Source: Octopus sinensis
Taxonomy: Eukaryota
Length of the DNA stretch: 64,000 nt
Reading direction: 5' to 3'
Assembly: GCF_006345805.1 (NCBI RefSeq)
Contig: NC_043014.1
Location: 34,968,001-35,032,000, forward strand
Shown here: positions 11,601 to 23,110 of the stretch, piece by piece
Layout: each line of letters opens with the position of its first letter
How positions within the stretch are numbered: the first letter of the stretch is position 1
Notes under the pieces: generated by a model
Database searches by the model: none
What the model saw: only the letters and a program-made list of their open reading frames with translations
Told to the model about the DNA's origin: nothing
Translations under genes and position numbers: made by a program

Positions 11601-14600
11601 AAAGAAAACTATGATATTCATTTCTAACATTGATAGGTCTAGCTGCTAAACATTCCATCACAATCATAATAGTAGCAATGTATGCAGGCCATAATTTTAT
11701 AGCCTGCAATCTACAATCTACTGTTAAATATTCAGTCATTGACAAACATCTAACACAACGTGAAGACAGCAGAACCCATAATATAGTAGAACGCCACTAG
11801 AGAAATACTCTCTCTTTATGCAAACTGAACATAAGACTCTCTTGCAGAATTGCTAGCATGCCATGCAAAATGCTTAGTGGCATTTCATCTGTCTTTACTT
11901 TCTGAGTTCAAATTCTGCTGAGGTTGACTTTTCCTTTCATCCATTCGGTGTCAATAAATTAAGTACCAGTGAAACACTGGGATCAATGTAAATGACTAGT
12001 CCCCTTCCTGCCAAAATTTCAGGCCTTGAGCATTTAGTAGAAAGGATTATTTTTTGAGGTGGTGGACTGGCAGAATTGTTAGCACACTGGTAGCATTTTG
12101 TCTGCCTTCATGTTCTGAATTCAAATTCCACCAAAACAGACTTTGCTTTTCATTCTTTCCAGTTTATAAAATAAGTACCAGTTGAGTACTGGGGTCAATG
12201 TAATCGACTAGCCCCTTCCCCCAAAACTTCAGGCCTTGTGCTTATAGCAGAAATAATTGTTAATATTATTATTTTTGTACAAGACATGAAGGCAGCATGT
12301 TGGCAGAACGATTAGCACACTAGAAAAAAGTGCTTTGTAGTGTTTCATTCATTCTGAGTTCAAATTCTTCCAAAGTTGACTTTGCCTTTCCTCCTTTTAG
12401 GGTCAGTAAAACATCAACTCCAGTCATGAACTGGAGTTGATGTAATTGACTTTTCCTTCCCCTAAAAAACTGCTGACCTTGTGCCAAAATTTGAAACCAT
12501 TATTATTCAAGACATGTACGAAGGTGTTTGAGTGACCAAAACAGAGTGCTGCATTTATAATAATAATAATAATGAAATTGTTGTATACAGTACTCAGGTG
12601 CACCACAACTTGTCAAAAGTGCATATAAAGCATATGCAGTAATGTACAAATGTCTGGAAAGTGAACAGTGTATGAGTCAGATACATGCTTGCATGTGTAT
12701 GGAGGGGAGAAAATCAGGTGTAGTGTTGGCGAATCACAGGAAGCATGGAAGTTTTGAAGGATGCAGTGCTCTGACAACTAACAACTGATGCCGGCAGTTT
12801 GTTCCATACTTCAGCAATTCTTAGCGTGAAAAAATGTTTCCAAAAGTCATGGGAGCTGTGCTGTTGTCTGACTGTAAACATGTCCACGGGTGTTAGACAG
12901 GTGGAGTTTGTAAAGGTGCTCAGAGTTATTGTTTGTAAGATGGTTAAAAATTTTATGGGTGTCTGCCAAGTCAGCTGCCAGACGTCGGAGTTTCAATGTA
13001 TCCATGCCCAGGGAAGTAAGGTGTTCAGAATATGGCAAATGCCTGATGGAGGGTATTCTTTTGGTTGCACGTAGCTGAACGGTTTCCAGACGATTAATAT
13101 CCTGGACAAGATAAGGGTTCCAGACGGGTGATGCAAATTCCAGGTGAGGTCGCACCATAGCTATATAAAGCTGCAGACTTATACTAATGTTGCTTTACAT
13201 TTTGAGTTAAAATCCTGCTGAAATTATCTTTTATTTCCTGGGTTGGTGGAAGGAGAATGAGTTAAATTGTACTGGGATCAATTCAGATATTCATATCCTA
13301 CTTAGACTAATTTATAGTCATGACCTGTCAAAATTATCAATCCAGAAATCACTTCTAATGTTATAAGAACAATCCATTGTTCAGACCTAAAATTATGCAG
13401 CAATGTGAAAACTTAAATGTTCTTATTTATCCTCAGTTAAATGTGAATGTACTGTTAGAACAAACTATACTGCGGAAGTTACAATGGGAGAGACTCTCAT
13501 ATTGGCTTTTGGTGCAAAATGTACTCTTGCTTATGAGAGTTTCTCTCATGGTAACTACTGCAATATAGTTTGTTCTATCAAAACATCCATGTTTAAGCGG
13601 GGTTAAATTTTACCTCTTGGTTAAAATCAATACTCGCTTTGTTGCTAATAGATATTTTAAAAAATGTTCTTGTTCAATGAATACTCATGAAGCTTATTTC
13701 ATATTCTTAGCAATTGGTTCAAGTATTGCTTTACATAGTGAATGTATACCCTTATTGGTTTCTTGCTGAAAGATTTGTTTTAGTTTTCCAGAGTTTTGCC
13801 ATGGCAATCCAGGGATCTTTTCCTTTTGAACGGCAGTTTTCAACACAATTTCTAGTTAACTAAACACTTTTAAACTTCATATACTGATAGAATGTGTTTA
13901 TAAAACATAATTTTTTCTTGGCTTTATTTAGAAAATTCTATATGTTGTAAGATATTTCGACTTTAATTTCAAGCATTTCGGCAATTTTAACCAATCAAAT
14001 ACGTCCATTTAGGTAAACAACATTCCGTGCTGTATGAATATGTCCCTCCTTTAAGAAACAGATTGGCTTTATTTACATTTGCGAAGAAAAAAAGATACCC
14101 TTCCTCCACCCCTAACCCTAACTCTAACTAACCCTAACCCTATAACAGATTGAAATGCAATAGATCGATACTAGGGTTATAATTATGGGTGACAATTTCA
14201 TACAACACCGCTATGGAAAATGGGATTTTTTTCTAGCGGTGTCAAATGAAAATGTCACCCATAATTATAACCCCAGTATCGATCTATTGCATTTCAATCT
14301 GTTTTAGGGTTAGGGGTGGAGGAAGGGTATCTTTTTTTCTTCACAAATGTAAATAAACCCAATCTGTTTCTTAAAGGAGGGACATATTCATACAGCACGG
14401 AATGTTGTTTACCTAAATGGACGTATTTGATTGGTTAAAATTGCCGAAATGCTCGAAATTAAAGTCGAAATATCTTACAAACTATAGAATTTTCTCAATA
14501 AAGCCAAGAAAAAATGTTGTTTTATAAACACATTCTACCAGTATATGAAGTTTAAAAGTGTTTAGTTAACTAGAAATTGTGTTGAAAACTGCCGTTCAAA

Positions 14601-15165
14601 AGGAAAAGATCCCAATCCAGTTATAATAGCTACATCCTAGAAGAGCCTTTGTAGCAATTCAAAAATACATATGCTGTTATATTCGCTTATGTTTGTAATT
14701 CTGTTGGAGCATTATATACTAAAAAGTATTTAAAGATTTTATTGACTTGGTCACCAACACTATTCCAGTTGCCAGACATGTAGGGATCCAGCTACATTTT
14801 TCTTTTCTTTTTTTTTTTTATTCCTTTTAATCTTGTAGTCTGAAGAAAGCATCGACTTAGAAGAACTGGAGCAATTTGCAAAGACATTCAAACGTCGACG
14901 AATAGAACTTGGTAAGTATGTGATTGCTTACTTTTTTACTTGTTTCAGCCACTTGACTGCGGCCATGCTGGAGCAACGCCTTTTTTTCTTTTAATCGAGC
15001 AACTCGACCCCGGGACTTATTCTTTTGTAAGCCCAGTACTTATTTTATCGGTCTCTTTTGCCGAGCTGCTAAGTAACGGGGACATAAACACACCAGCATC
15101 GGTTGTCAAGCAATGCTAGGGGGACAAACTCAGACACACAAACACACATACACACATACACACAT

Positions 15166-15207
<42 letters not shown>

Positions 15208-15761
15208 TATATATATATACATATATACGACGGGCTTCTTTCAGTTTCCGTCTACCAAATCCACTCACAAGGCTTTGGTCGGCCCGAGGCTATAGTAGAA
15301 GACATTTGCCCAAGGTGCCACGCAGTGGGACTGAACCCGGAACCATGTGGTTGGTAAACAAGCTACTTACCACACAGCCACTCCTGTGCTTGTTAACATT
15401 TTGATGGAGTTTTGTGGAGGACTCATCTTTATACTTTCTGAATACCATTTCACATTTCTGTTGTTTCTTGGTTATTTTCTGGGAAGAATATCAATTAAAT
15501 GTCCTCTTTAGCTTGTGTTTTAATTTTTGTTACACAAACTCTAACTGCTGCTTACTTAGTGGAAGTACATGGTTCCAGGTTCAGTCCCACTGCATGGCAC
15601 CTTGAGTAAGTAACTTCTACTATAGCCCCAGGCCAAACAGAGCCTTTTGAGTAGATTCAGTAGATGAAAACTGAAAGAAGCTTGCTGTGTGTGTGTGTGT
15701 GTGTGTGTATATGTATGTATGTGTGTATGGGTGTGTATCTATCTGTCTGTCTACCCATCCT

Positions 15762-15793
<32 letters not shown>

Positions 15794-16397
15794 TCCATAC
15801 GTGCTTACATATGAGTGTTTGTGTCTCCTTGGCTTGATATTGTGTGATAGTTATAAAATGAATGTCGCTGTCCTACAAGCAATTTCATTCATTTCCAGTA
15901 TTCCACAAGAACATGCCTGGCCATGGGGATATATTACCCTACTTGCAGATAGGTGAGAGTTGCAACAAGAAGAGCATCTGGCCAGAGAAAATCTGCATCA
16001 ATAAACTCCATCCAACCCATACAAGCATGGAAAAATGGACATTAAAATAATGATTATGATGATAATCCAGTCAAGGATTGCCATTAGATTTCACTAACAT
16101 TATCCTGTACAACTTTAAGTAATATTAGCTAGGAAAAGTACTTCTCTAACTCACCAATGCTACATTCTTTGACCCCAGAAGAGGAGGAGGGGACCCAAAT
16201 TTATACCAATATATACTTTGATTTTTTGGACATCCAGAAATATATATTTTAATTTTACCTGGTATAATTTCTCAGATTGATTCTCACTATTTATTAAAAA
16301 AGCAAGAAACAAAAAAAAAAACATGTAGTAGACCCAGAATAATTAATGCTACACTATCCATTGACCTGTTAGGATTTATTGTATGAGTATATATATA

Positions 16398-16430
<33 letters not shown>

Positions 16431-19400
16431 CATACACTTGGTGTAGACATTGATACATGAGCTTACTTTATAGTTGCTACAATATTATTTCTTTATTACC
16501 CACAAGGGGCTAAACACAGAGGGGACAAATAAGGATAGATAAACGGATTAAGTCGATTGTATTGACCACAGTGTGTAACTGGTACTTATTTAATCAATCC
16601 TGAAAGGATGAAAGGCAAAGTCGACCTCGGCGGAATTTGAACTCAGAACATAGCAGCAGACGAAATACCGCTTAGCATTTCGCCCGGCATGCTAACGATT
16701 CTGCCAGCTCGCCGCCTTATAGTTGCTACAATATGTGATCCCAACAGGAATTAAAGTATTCAGAGAGTCAATTCAACTTCAGCTTAAGTCTATAGGATAC
16801 GTCATATTTGAGGAAAACTAGATGGTAAAGAATGGACTCTAATTTTATATATTACAATGGGTTCAAAGAGAAATATCTTAGATAACTTAGTTGATCTTCT
16901 GTGGTGTCATTGAGCAGGTCTAGCTAAACCTTAGTCTGTGACAATAATTGTAATATGTGCTGCCTTACAAGTCTGGTCATATTTGGTCTGTAATAAGACA
17001 GAGACACTAGGTATCATTGGCGTCGGCGTCATTTAGGATCTGTTTTCCATGCTGGCATGGATTAGATGATTTGACTGGAACTAGTAAGCCAGAGCTGCAC
17101 CAGACTCCAGTCTGTTTTGCCTTGGATTCTACGGCTGGATGCCTTTCCTAATGCCAACCACTCCACAGAGTGTACCAGGTGCTTTTTGTATGTCACATTA
17201 AAGGCACCCATACTGGTGACAAGTAAAAGACACTCAGTACATTCTGTGAAGTGGTTGGCGTTAGGAAAGACATCCAGCCATAGAAGCCATGCCAAATCAG
17301 ACTGGAGCCTGGTGCAGCTCTCCAACTTACCAGTTCCAGTCAAACTGTCTAACTCATGGCAGCATGGGAAATGGACATTAAAGGATGATGATGATGATGA
17401 TGAGTATTGTGTTTCTGTCTTTTGTTGTACTTCTTTCTTTGCTGGTATATATATCATCATCATCATCATCATCATCGTTTAACGTCCGTTTTCCGCGCTA
17501 GCACGGGTTGGACGGTTTCGACCGGGGTCTGGGGAGCTAGGGACTGCCCCAGGCTCCAGTCTAGTCTGGCAGAGTTTCTACAGCTGGATGCCCTTCCTAA
17601 CGCCAACCACTCCGCGAGTGTAGTGGGTGTTTTTTACGTGCCACCTGCACAGGTGCCAGAGGGGTCTGGCATCGGCCACGTTCGGATGGTGCTTTTTTTA
17701 TGTGGTGGGGGGGTACAGAAATATAGGGGAGCACCAGTGGGGAGGGGTGGTTCAGAGAAATGATGACAGGTTCTAGGCAAGTAGAACGTAGGATATCAAG
17801 AGAGGGGTAATGCATGGTGAAATAGCGTATTGAAGAGGGGGGTTCGAAGAGTAGACACCTATTATGGTGGTGGGAGAAGCGACATCCGGTATGGATGGAG
17901 CAAAAATATAGAGATATCTGGTATTGGTGGTGGGGGTGGGCAGGGCGGGTGCACCGCGAATACACGATGGTTGATGAATACACGAGAGGCGAGATGGGTA
18001 ATGGATAAATTAGTTAAAATAATTAGATAGATATAGAAATTAGTTAAAAATAGTTAGATAGATAAGAAAGCATGTATGATTGATGGGGAAGTGAAAATAA
18101 ATAAATAAGCATTCAACTTATCTGCTAGATGAATGAATGAATGAAAGAGCAGAAGTTTGGGGCTGCGTTTTTTAAGTAAAGATTGTCCGGAAGAAGAAGG
18201 CGCGAATACACGATGGTTGATGAATACACGAGAGGCGAGATGGATAATGGATAAATTAGTTAAAATAATTAGATAGATATAGAAATTAGTTAAAAATAGT
18301 TAGATAATAAGAAAGCATGTATGATTGTGAAAATAAATAAATAAGCATTCAACTTATCTGCTAGATGAATGAATGAATGAAAGATATATATATATATATA
18401 TCACCGTGACTGAACAGGCCAACAGAAGAAAGAGTGAGAGAAAGATGTGGGGAAAGAGTACAGCAGGGATTGTCACCATCCCCTGCCGGAGCCTCGTGGA
18501 GCTTTAGGTGTTTTTTTCAATAAACACTCACAATGCCCAGTCTGGGAATTGAAACCACGATCCTACGACTGTGAGTCCGCTGCCCTAACCATTGCGCCTC
18601 CTCCCCCATATATATATATATATATATATATAAATAACGAAGACTGCAAGTTAGCTTAATTATACATCTTTGCTTTGCTGGATAACCATTTTGGTTGTGA
18701 TGGTGATGATGGTAATAATGGTTTTGGTGATTTTAATGGTTGTGGTGGTTGTAGTTCTAGTGCTGGTAGTAATAGTTATAATTTTAGTGTTTACAGTAAT
18801 AGTAGTTTTAGTGGTAATGGTGGTTGTCATAGTAATAATTTTAGAGGTGATGATAGCAGAAGTTGTAGTACTGGCAGTCTAACAACAATAATTGTTCATC
18901 TAGCCATGAGGACAAAAATCTGTAGATAAAGTGTATTGATTCTCATAAGTGCAGGTATGGCTGTGAGATTAAGAATCCTGCTTTGTGACCATGTGGCTTC
19001 AAGTTCAGTCCCACTGTGCAGCACCTTAGGCATGTGTCTTTTACTTTAGCTCCAGACCAACCAATGAGTTTTGTTGATGGAAAATCTGTAGAGGTCCATT
19101 GTAGAATAAGTTCTAGATTTAAAAAAGAAAATGGAAAGTATTGAGGTCAATTTGCCACTAATATAGATGTTAAAATTCCGTTTGAAGTTTTGTATTTGTG
19201 TATTTTCCTTTGTGTGTGTGTGCATAGCAAGTCATTCTATGTGAACTTATTTTAAAGTTGATATTTTTTCTTCAAATCTCATTCATTTAAACTTCTTCTT
19301 TTAGGTTTCACGCAAGGAGATGTTGGCTTAGCGATGGGCAAATTATATGGACATGATTTTAGCCAAACTACAATATCCCGTTTTGAAGCTCTTAACCTCA

Positions 19401-20287
19401 GTTTTAAAAATATGTGCAAACTAAAGCCCCTTCTGCAGAAATGGTTAGCAGATGCTGATTCTATATCTTCAAATCCTTCTTCTGTTCCGGGTTCTCCTGT
19501 TACGGCAGAATCCATTGGTCGCCGGCGCAAGAAGCGGACCAGCATAGAGTCATCAATTCGTGTAGCATTGGAGAAGAGTTTTATCCAGAACCCCAAACCA
19601 TCTTCGGAAGAGATCTCAATGCTGGCTGACAACCTCACAATGGAGAAGGAAGTTGTTCGTGTCTGGTTCTGCAATCGGCGTCAAAAAGAGAAGAGGATAA
19701 ATCCACCCAGCTCACTGACTGGGCCGCAACTGCAAATTGTGCACAATTTAACAAATGCTGACCGTAACATTGTCAGTGCAGTCCAACCACCCATGACCTC
19801 TGCCCAAATTATGAATAGTGTACTCTCTAATGTGACAGCAGCAGCCAATGGTCGCACCGCTACAACTACTACAACTGCTACTACCACTACTACAGGCAGA
19901 GAATATGTGACTACTGCCAATAACACCACTATTACAACTACTTCCAACAATGCTGTTGTTAATAATAGTACAGCAATGACGTCACTAGTAACATCAATCC
20001 CAACACTAACTGTAAGTACCCCACTGAACATGAGCACAGGGACAAACCTGGTGCTTGCTGCCAGTCACACTGAACGAAATTCCTCATCAGTCAGTGAAGC
20101 TGGTACACACATCACCACTACCTCACCTTCATCATCCACACAATCACCATCTTTTACCATAGCTACCACTGCCACTTCATCTTCTGGACTAACGCTTTCT
20201 CTTGGCACACAGTCGTCAGCTTCATGTAATCCGAACCACGTTTCTATAGCAACAAGCTTAGACAGTCACTCGAGTGAAGTGTCATAG
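534..20287 (+). CDS. POU2: Class II POU-domain transcription factor (Oct-1/POU2F1/nubbin-pdm-like), 3' part: join(534..767,4112..4345,8857..9213,14839..14911,19305..20287); 5' exons lie upstream of the window
   Basis: All exons have AG/GT boundaries with compatible phases (0,0,0,1). POU-specific domain [20 protein letters not shown]|[47 protein letters not shown] and homeodomain [21 protein letters not shown]...[21 protein letters not shown] are typical of class II POU. Q-rich N-terminal part and S/T-rich C-terminal tail. Confidence 0.93.
2012..2400 (+). mobile_element. RTE-clade LINE 3' end fragment
   Basis: [57 protein letters not shown] is the typical RTE/BovB C-terminus, followed by a short repeat tail. 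Confidence 0.9.
3624..4040 (+). mobile_element. tRNA-derived SINE family A; other copies on - at ~14933-15385, ~32483-32878 and ~59155-59520, plus many partials
   Basis: A-box TGGCTGTGTGG and B-box GGTTCAGTCCC, internal TA/TG microsatellite, recurs through the window. Confidence 0.8.
4112..4345 (+). CDS. POU2: POU2 exon ([14 protein letters not shown]...[24 protein letters not shown])
   Basis: ttctgttgaacAG acceptor, TCG|GTAACC donor, 78 codons. QQFVLV and QPQFIL resemble Oct-1 N-terminal motifs. Confidence 0.85.
8857..9213 (+). CDS. POU2: POU2 exon, Q/A/T-rich ([16 protein letters not shown]...VPLPIQ)
   Basis: Long polypyrimidine tract plus cttcAG acceptor, CAG|GTAATT donor, 119 codons, phase 0-0. 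Confidence 0.85.
9480..9538 (-). ncRNA. Minimal type I hammerhead ribozyme in POU2 intron (antisense)
   Basis: Minus strand reads TCAC-TAT-CCTGGG-CTGATGA-C-GGGT-TAAG-ACCC-A-GAAA-CATGCATG-TC-CTCAGG-T-GTGA. Loopless palindromic stem III, GUC site. Confidence 0.8.
10419..10466 (+). ncRNA. Minimal, partly degenerate hammerhead motif in POU2 intron (sense)
   Basis: TAGGTCA-CTGATGA-AACCT-AAATTC-AGGATT-GAAA-CTTA-TC-TGGCTTG. Stem I pairs with G-U wobbles, stem III is minimal. Confidence 0.55.
10640..11110 (+). mobile_element. Degenerate HERO-like REL retrotransposon 3' end
   Basis: Broken translation [28 protein letters not shown]...AAETS resembles the 57.6 kb element. Confidence 0.55.
12570..13175 (-). 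mobile_element. CR1-clade LINE 3' fragment
   Basis: [15 protein letters not shown]...[10 protein letters not shown]...[10 protein letters not shown], ending in an (ATT)n tail. Confidence 0.85.
13813..14612. mobile_element. Fold-back dimer of a MITE with an 8-bp TSD (CAATCCAG) and GGATC termini
   Basis: ~400-bp inverted arms. CAATCCAG at 13805-13812 and 14613-14620. Internal CCCTAA-like repeats. Confidence 0.85.
14839..14911 (+). CDS. POU2: POU2 exon, start of POU-specific domain ([25 protein letters not shown])
   Basis: Polypyrimidine tract plus tgtAG acceptor, G|GTAAGT donor (phase 1). Too short for the ORF track. Confidence 0.95.
16486..16716 (-). mobile_element. SINE family B copy with an 18-bp TSD
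   Basis: TTATAGTTGCTACAATAT at 16468-16485 and 16717-16734. Confidence 0.85.
19305..20287 (+). CDS. POU2: POU2 last coding exon: rest of POU-specific domain, linker, homeodomain, S/T-rich tail
   Basis: ttcttttAG|GT TTC ACG completes GFTQGDVG. Overlaps ORF 19334..20287. TAG stop at 20285-20287. Confidence 0.97.
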
Positions 20288-20611
20288 CCAAGCTCTGCCT
20301 TGTACTTGACTTGAGCAACACTCACTAATGAGAGTGTTTTATAATATTGTTTGTCTGCCAGTGTGGAAGTTTTTCTTTTTTTTTTTTCTGTATTGATGCA
20401 TGTCTGAGCATTGGTGTAAATGTGAATGCTGCCACATTCTGTGTGCAACCTTGTCTACCTCTTAACTACTTAACCACAAATTTGAACTATTAGCTGTTGC
20501 TATACACATAGCACAGCTCAACAGTGCAGTACTCTATCTTATTACAACAATACAATACAGTACAGGTTTTCACATTATTTCAACACATGTAATATATATA
20601 TATATATATAT

Positions 20612-20922
20612 AATTTAAAAATAGGATAAATTCTTCATAAGAAATTATCAAGTAGTTAGCGTGAAAAACCTCATAAGAGAAAAAATCTGTAAATTTTTTC
20701 CACTTGAATATATTTATTTATATTATATAGAGGGCATTATTACACATAAATGCTGCACGCTAGGAGGGACTCTTAAAGTCAAAACTACCAAAATAAACAT
20801 ATCGTACCGAATGTAAGTCTCGAAGCAAGTCATTTAAAAACAGAATTCTGTTTTTAAATGACTTGTATTTGGTACAATATGTTTATTTTGGTAGTTTTGA
20901 CTTTATGTGTAATAATGCCCTC

Positions 20923-20972
<50 letters not shown>

Positions 20973-21290
20973 TATATATAATTTAAAAATAGGATAAATT
21001 CTTCATAAGAAATTATCAAGTAGTTAGCGTGAAAAACCTCATAAGAGAAAAAATCTGTAAATTTTTTCCACTTGAATATATTTATTTATATTATATAGAG
21101 GGCATTATTACACATAAATGCTGCACGCTAGGAGGGACTCTTAAAGTCAAAACTACCAAAATAAACATATCGTACCGAATGTAAGTCTCGAAGCAAGTCA
21201 TTTAAAAACAGAATTCTGTTTTTAAATGACTTGTATTTGGTACAATATGTTTATTTTGGTAGTTTTGACTTTATGTGTAATAATGCCCTC

Positions 21291-21300
<10 letters not shown>
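20612..21300. repeat. Two identical ~320-bp fold-back units separated by (TA)n, period 368 bp
   Basis: Units start at 20612 and 20980. Each has a hairpin centred on GAATTC (20843 and 21211). Confidence 0.9.
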
Positions 21301-21357
<57 letters not shown>

Positions 21358-21427
21358 GCACATATACATAAACATGTGCATGTTTATAAGCACACACATA
21401 CAAACAAGAAAAAGTTATTCAGTATCT

Positions 21428-21458
<31 letters not shown>

Positions 21459-21662
21459 GATGATGATGATGATGATAACAATAACAACAACAAATAAAAC
21501 AAATTTTTACCTTTGTTTACTCCAAGTTTCCCATTACCTCTTATTTAAAGCAACTGATATCTTTATACGAAATTTACAGGCTGATGTGGTCAAGAAAGTA
21601 TTAGTCAAAATAGAATTTATAAATACTAAGATACAAACGTATATATATGTTAGTTGAACAAG

Positions 21663-21693
<31 letters not shown>

Positions 21694-21730
21694 CTAGCAG
21701 CATAGCCCGGCGTTGCCCGGGTATGTAAGA
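21694..21730 (-). mobile_element. Non-autonomous Helitron 3' terminus
   Basis: Minus strand: ACCCGGGCAACGCCGGG hairpin, then CTAG next to (TA)n. Confidence 0.6.
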
Positions 21731-22026
21731 AACTTTGTCGATACACTTAAGTAGGCAGAGTGAGATAAAGAGAATGAAAGAGAGCAGGACTGGGGGAAAG
21801 AAACAGGAAGTGGAGAAATAAAAGAAGAAAATTGTAACAGTAAGAAAATAATGGCTTGTAGGCTTGGTGGCTGTGTGGTAAGCAGTTTGCTTCCAAGCCA
21901 GATGGTTCCTGGTTCAGTCTCACTGCATAGCACTTTTGGCAAGTGTCTTCTACTATTGTCATAAACCGGCCAAATCCTTGTGAGTAGATTTGGTGCACCG
22001 AAACTAAAAGAAACCCATCATGTATT

Positions 22027-22068
<42 letters not shown>

Positions 22069-22889
22069 CAAATTCGATGACTGGCGTCCGTGCTAACGGG
22101 GTGCATAGAGCACCATACGAGTGTGATCATTGACAGAGCGGCTAACCAGCTTCCGTGCCAGTGGCATTTAAAAGGCACCGTTCGAGCGTGATCGTTACCA
22201 GCATCGCCCTACTGGCACTTGAGCCCTGTGCTTGTAGGGTATTAAGAGCACCATCGGAGCGTGATCGTTGCCTGAGTGGCTATCTGGCCTCCGTGCCGGT
22301 GGCACATAAAAGACACCATTCAAGCGTGATCATTACCAGCATCACCTTACACGTGGTTGGCATTAGGAAGGGCATCAAGCTGTAGAAACTCTGCCAGATC
22401 AAGATTGAAGCCTGGTGCAGCCATCTGGTTCGCCAGCCCTCAGTCATTCTTCCAACCCATGCTAGCATGGGAAGCGGATGTTAAACGATGATAATGATGA
22501 TATATATAAACAGGCTTCTTTCAGTTTCTGTCTCCCAGATCCATACACACATATATATTATATGTATGTGTTTGTGTTTCTTTCCCACCACTGCTTGACA
22601 ACTGGTGTTTGTTTGTTTATGCCCATGTAACTTAGTGGTTCAGTAAAAAGACTTATAGAATATGTGCCAGACTTAAAAAACCAAAAAAAAAAAAAAGGAA
22701 ACGAGTATTGGGGTCAATTTGTTTGGCAAAACCCTTCAAGACAGTGCCCCAGCATGGTTGCAGTCCAATGACCGAAACAAGTAAAAGATAAAAGTTAGGA
22801 AAGTGCAAGAGAAAAAGAGTGGGAGAGAGAAAGAGAAGATAGTAAGAAGTATGTATCATGGAGTATTAATATAATTGATACAGTAAGGT

Positions 22890-23110
22890 TATAAGTTAAG
22901 TTAATTTTTGGCTCATAAAGCAAAAAGCAAGGCCATGTAGGGGGACATGGAGTTATGTACAGGGAGGGTGTTCATGCAAAGAGTTCAGGCCATTTCTGGT
23001 TAAGAGAGACTTTGAACCGAGCGGTCGTCGGCATCTTCACTATCTCGTCCGGCAGCTTATTCCACGGATTCGCAACCCCGACAGAGAATTGTGGGTTGGT
23101 GGCATTTAAT
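22890..23110 (-). mobile_element. CR1/L2-type LINE extreme 3' end
   Basis: FSVGVANPWNKLPDEIVKMPTTARFK motif and a taactt-type tail. Confidence 0.7.

Noticed and set aside
13131-13138. Octamer ATGCAAAT as a POU2 autoregulatory site (also ~26780 and ~28423)
   Set aside because: Two of the three lie in CR1 remnants, and this frequency is unremarkable in AT-rich DNA.
14108-14142. True telomere or chromosome-fusion scar
   Set aside because: The few degenerate CCCTAA units are internal to a MITE with a TSD.
18670-18929. Val-rich transmembrane-like and Gly/Asn-rich ORFs
   Set aside because: Degenerate GGT/AGT/AAT microsatellite.
19279-20037. Antisense ORFs of 131 and 118 aa
   Set aside because: Shadows of the POU2 coding exon with no independent signal.
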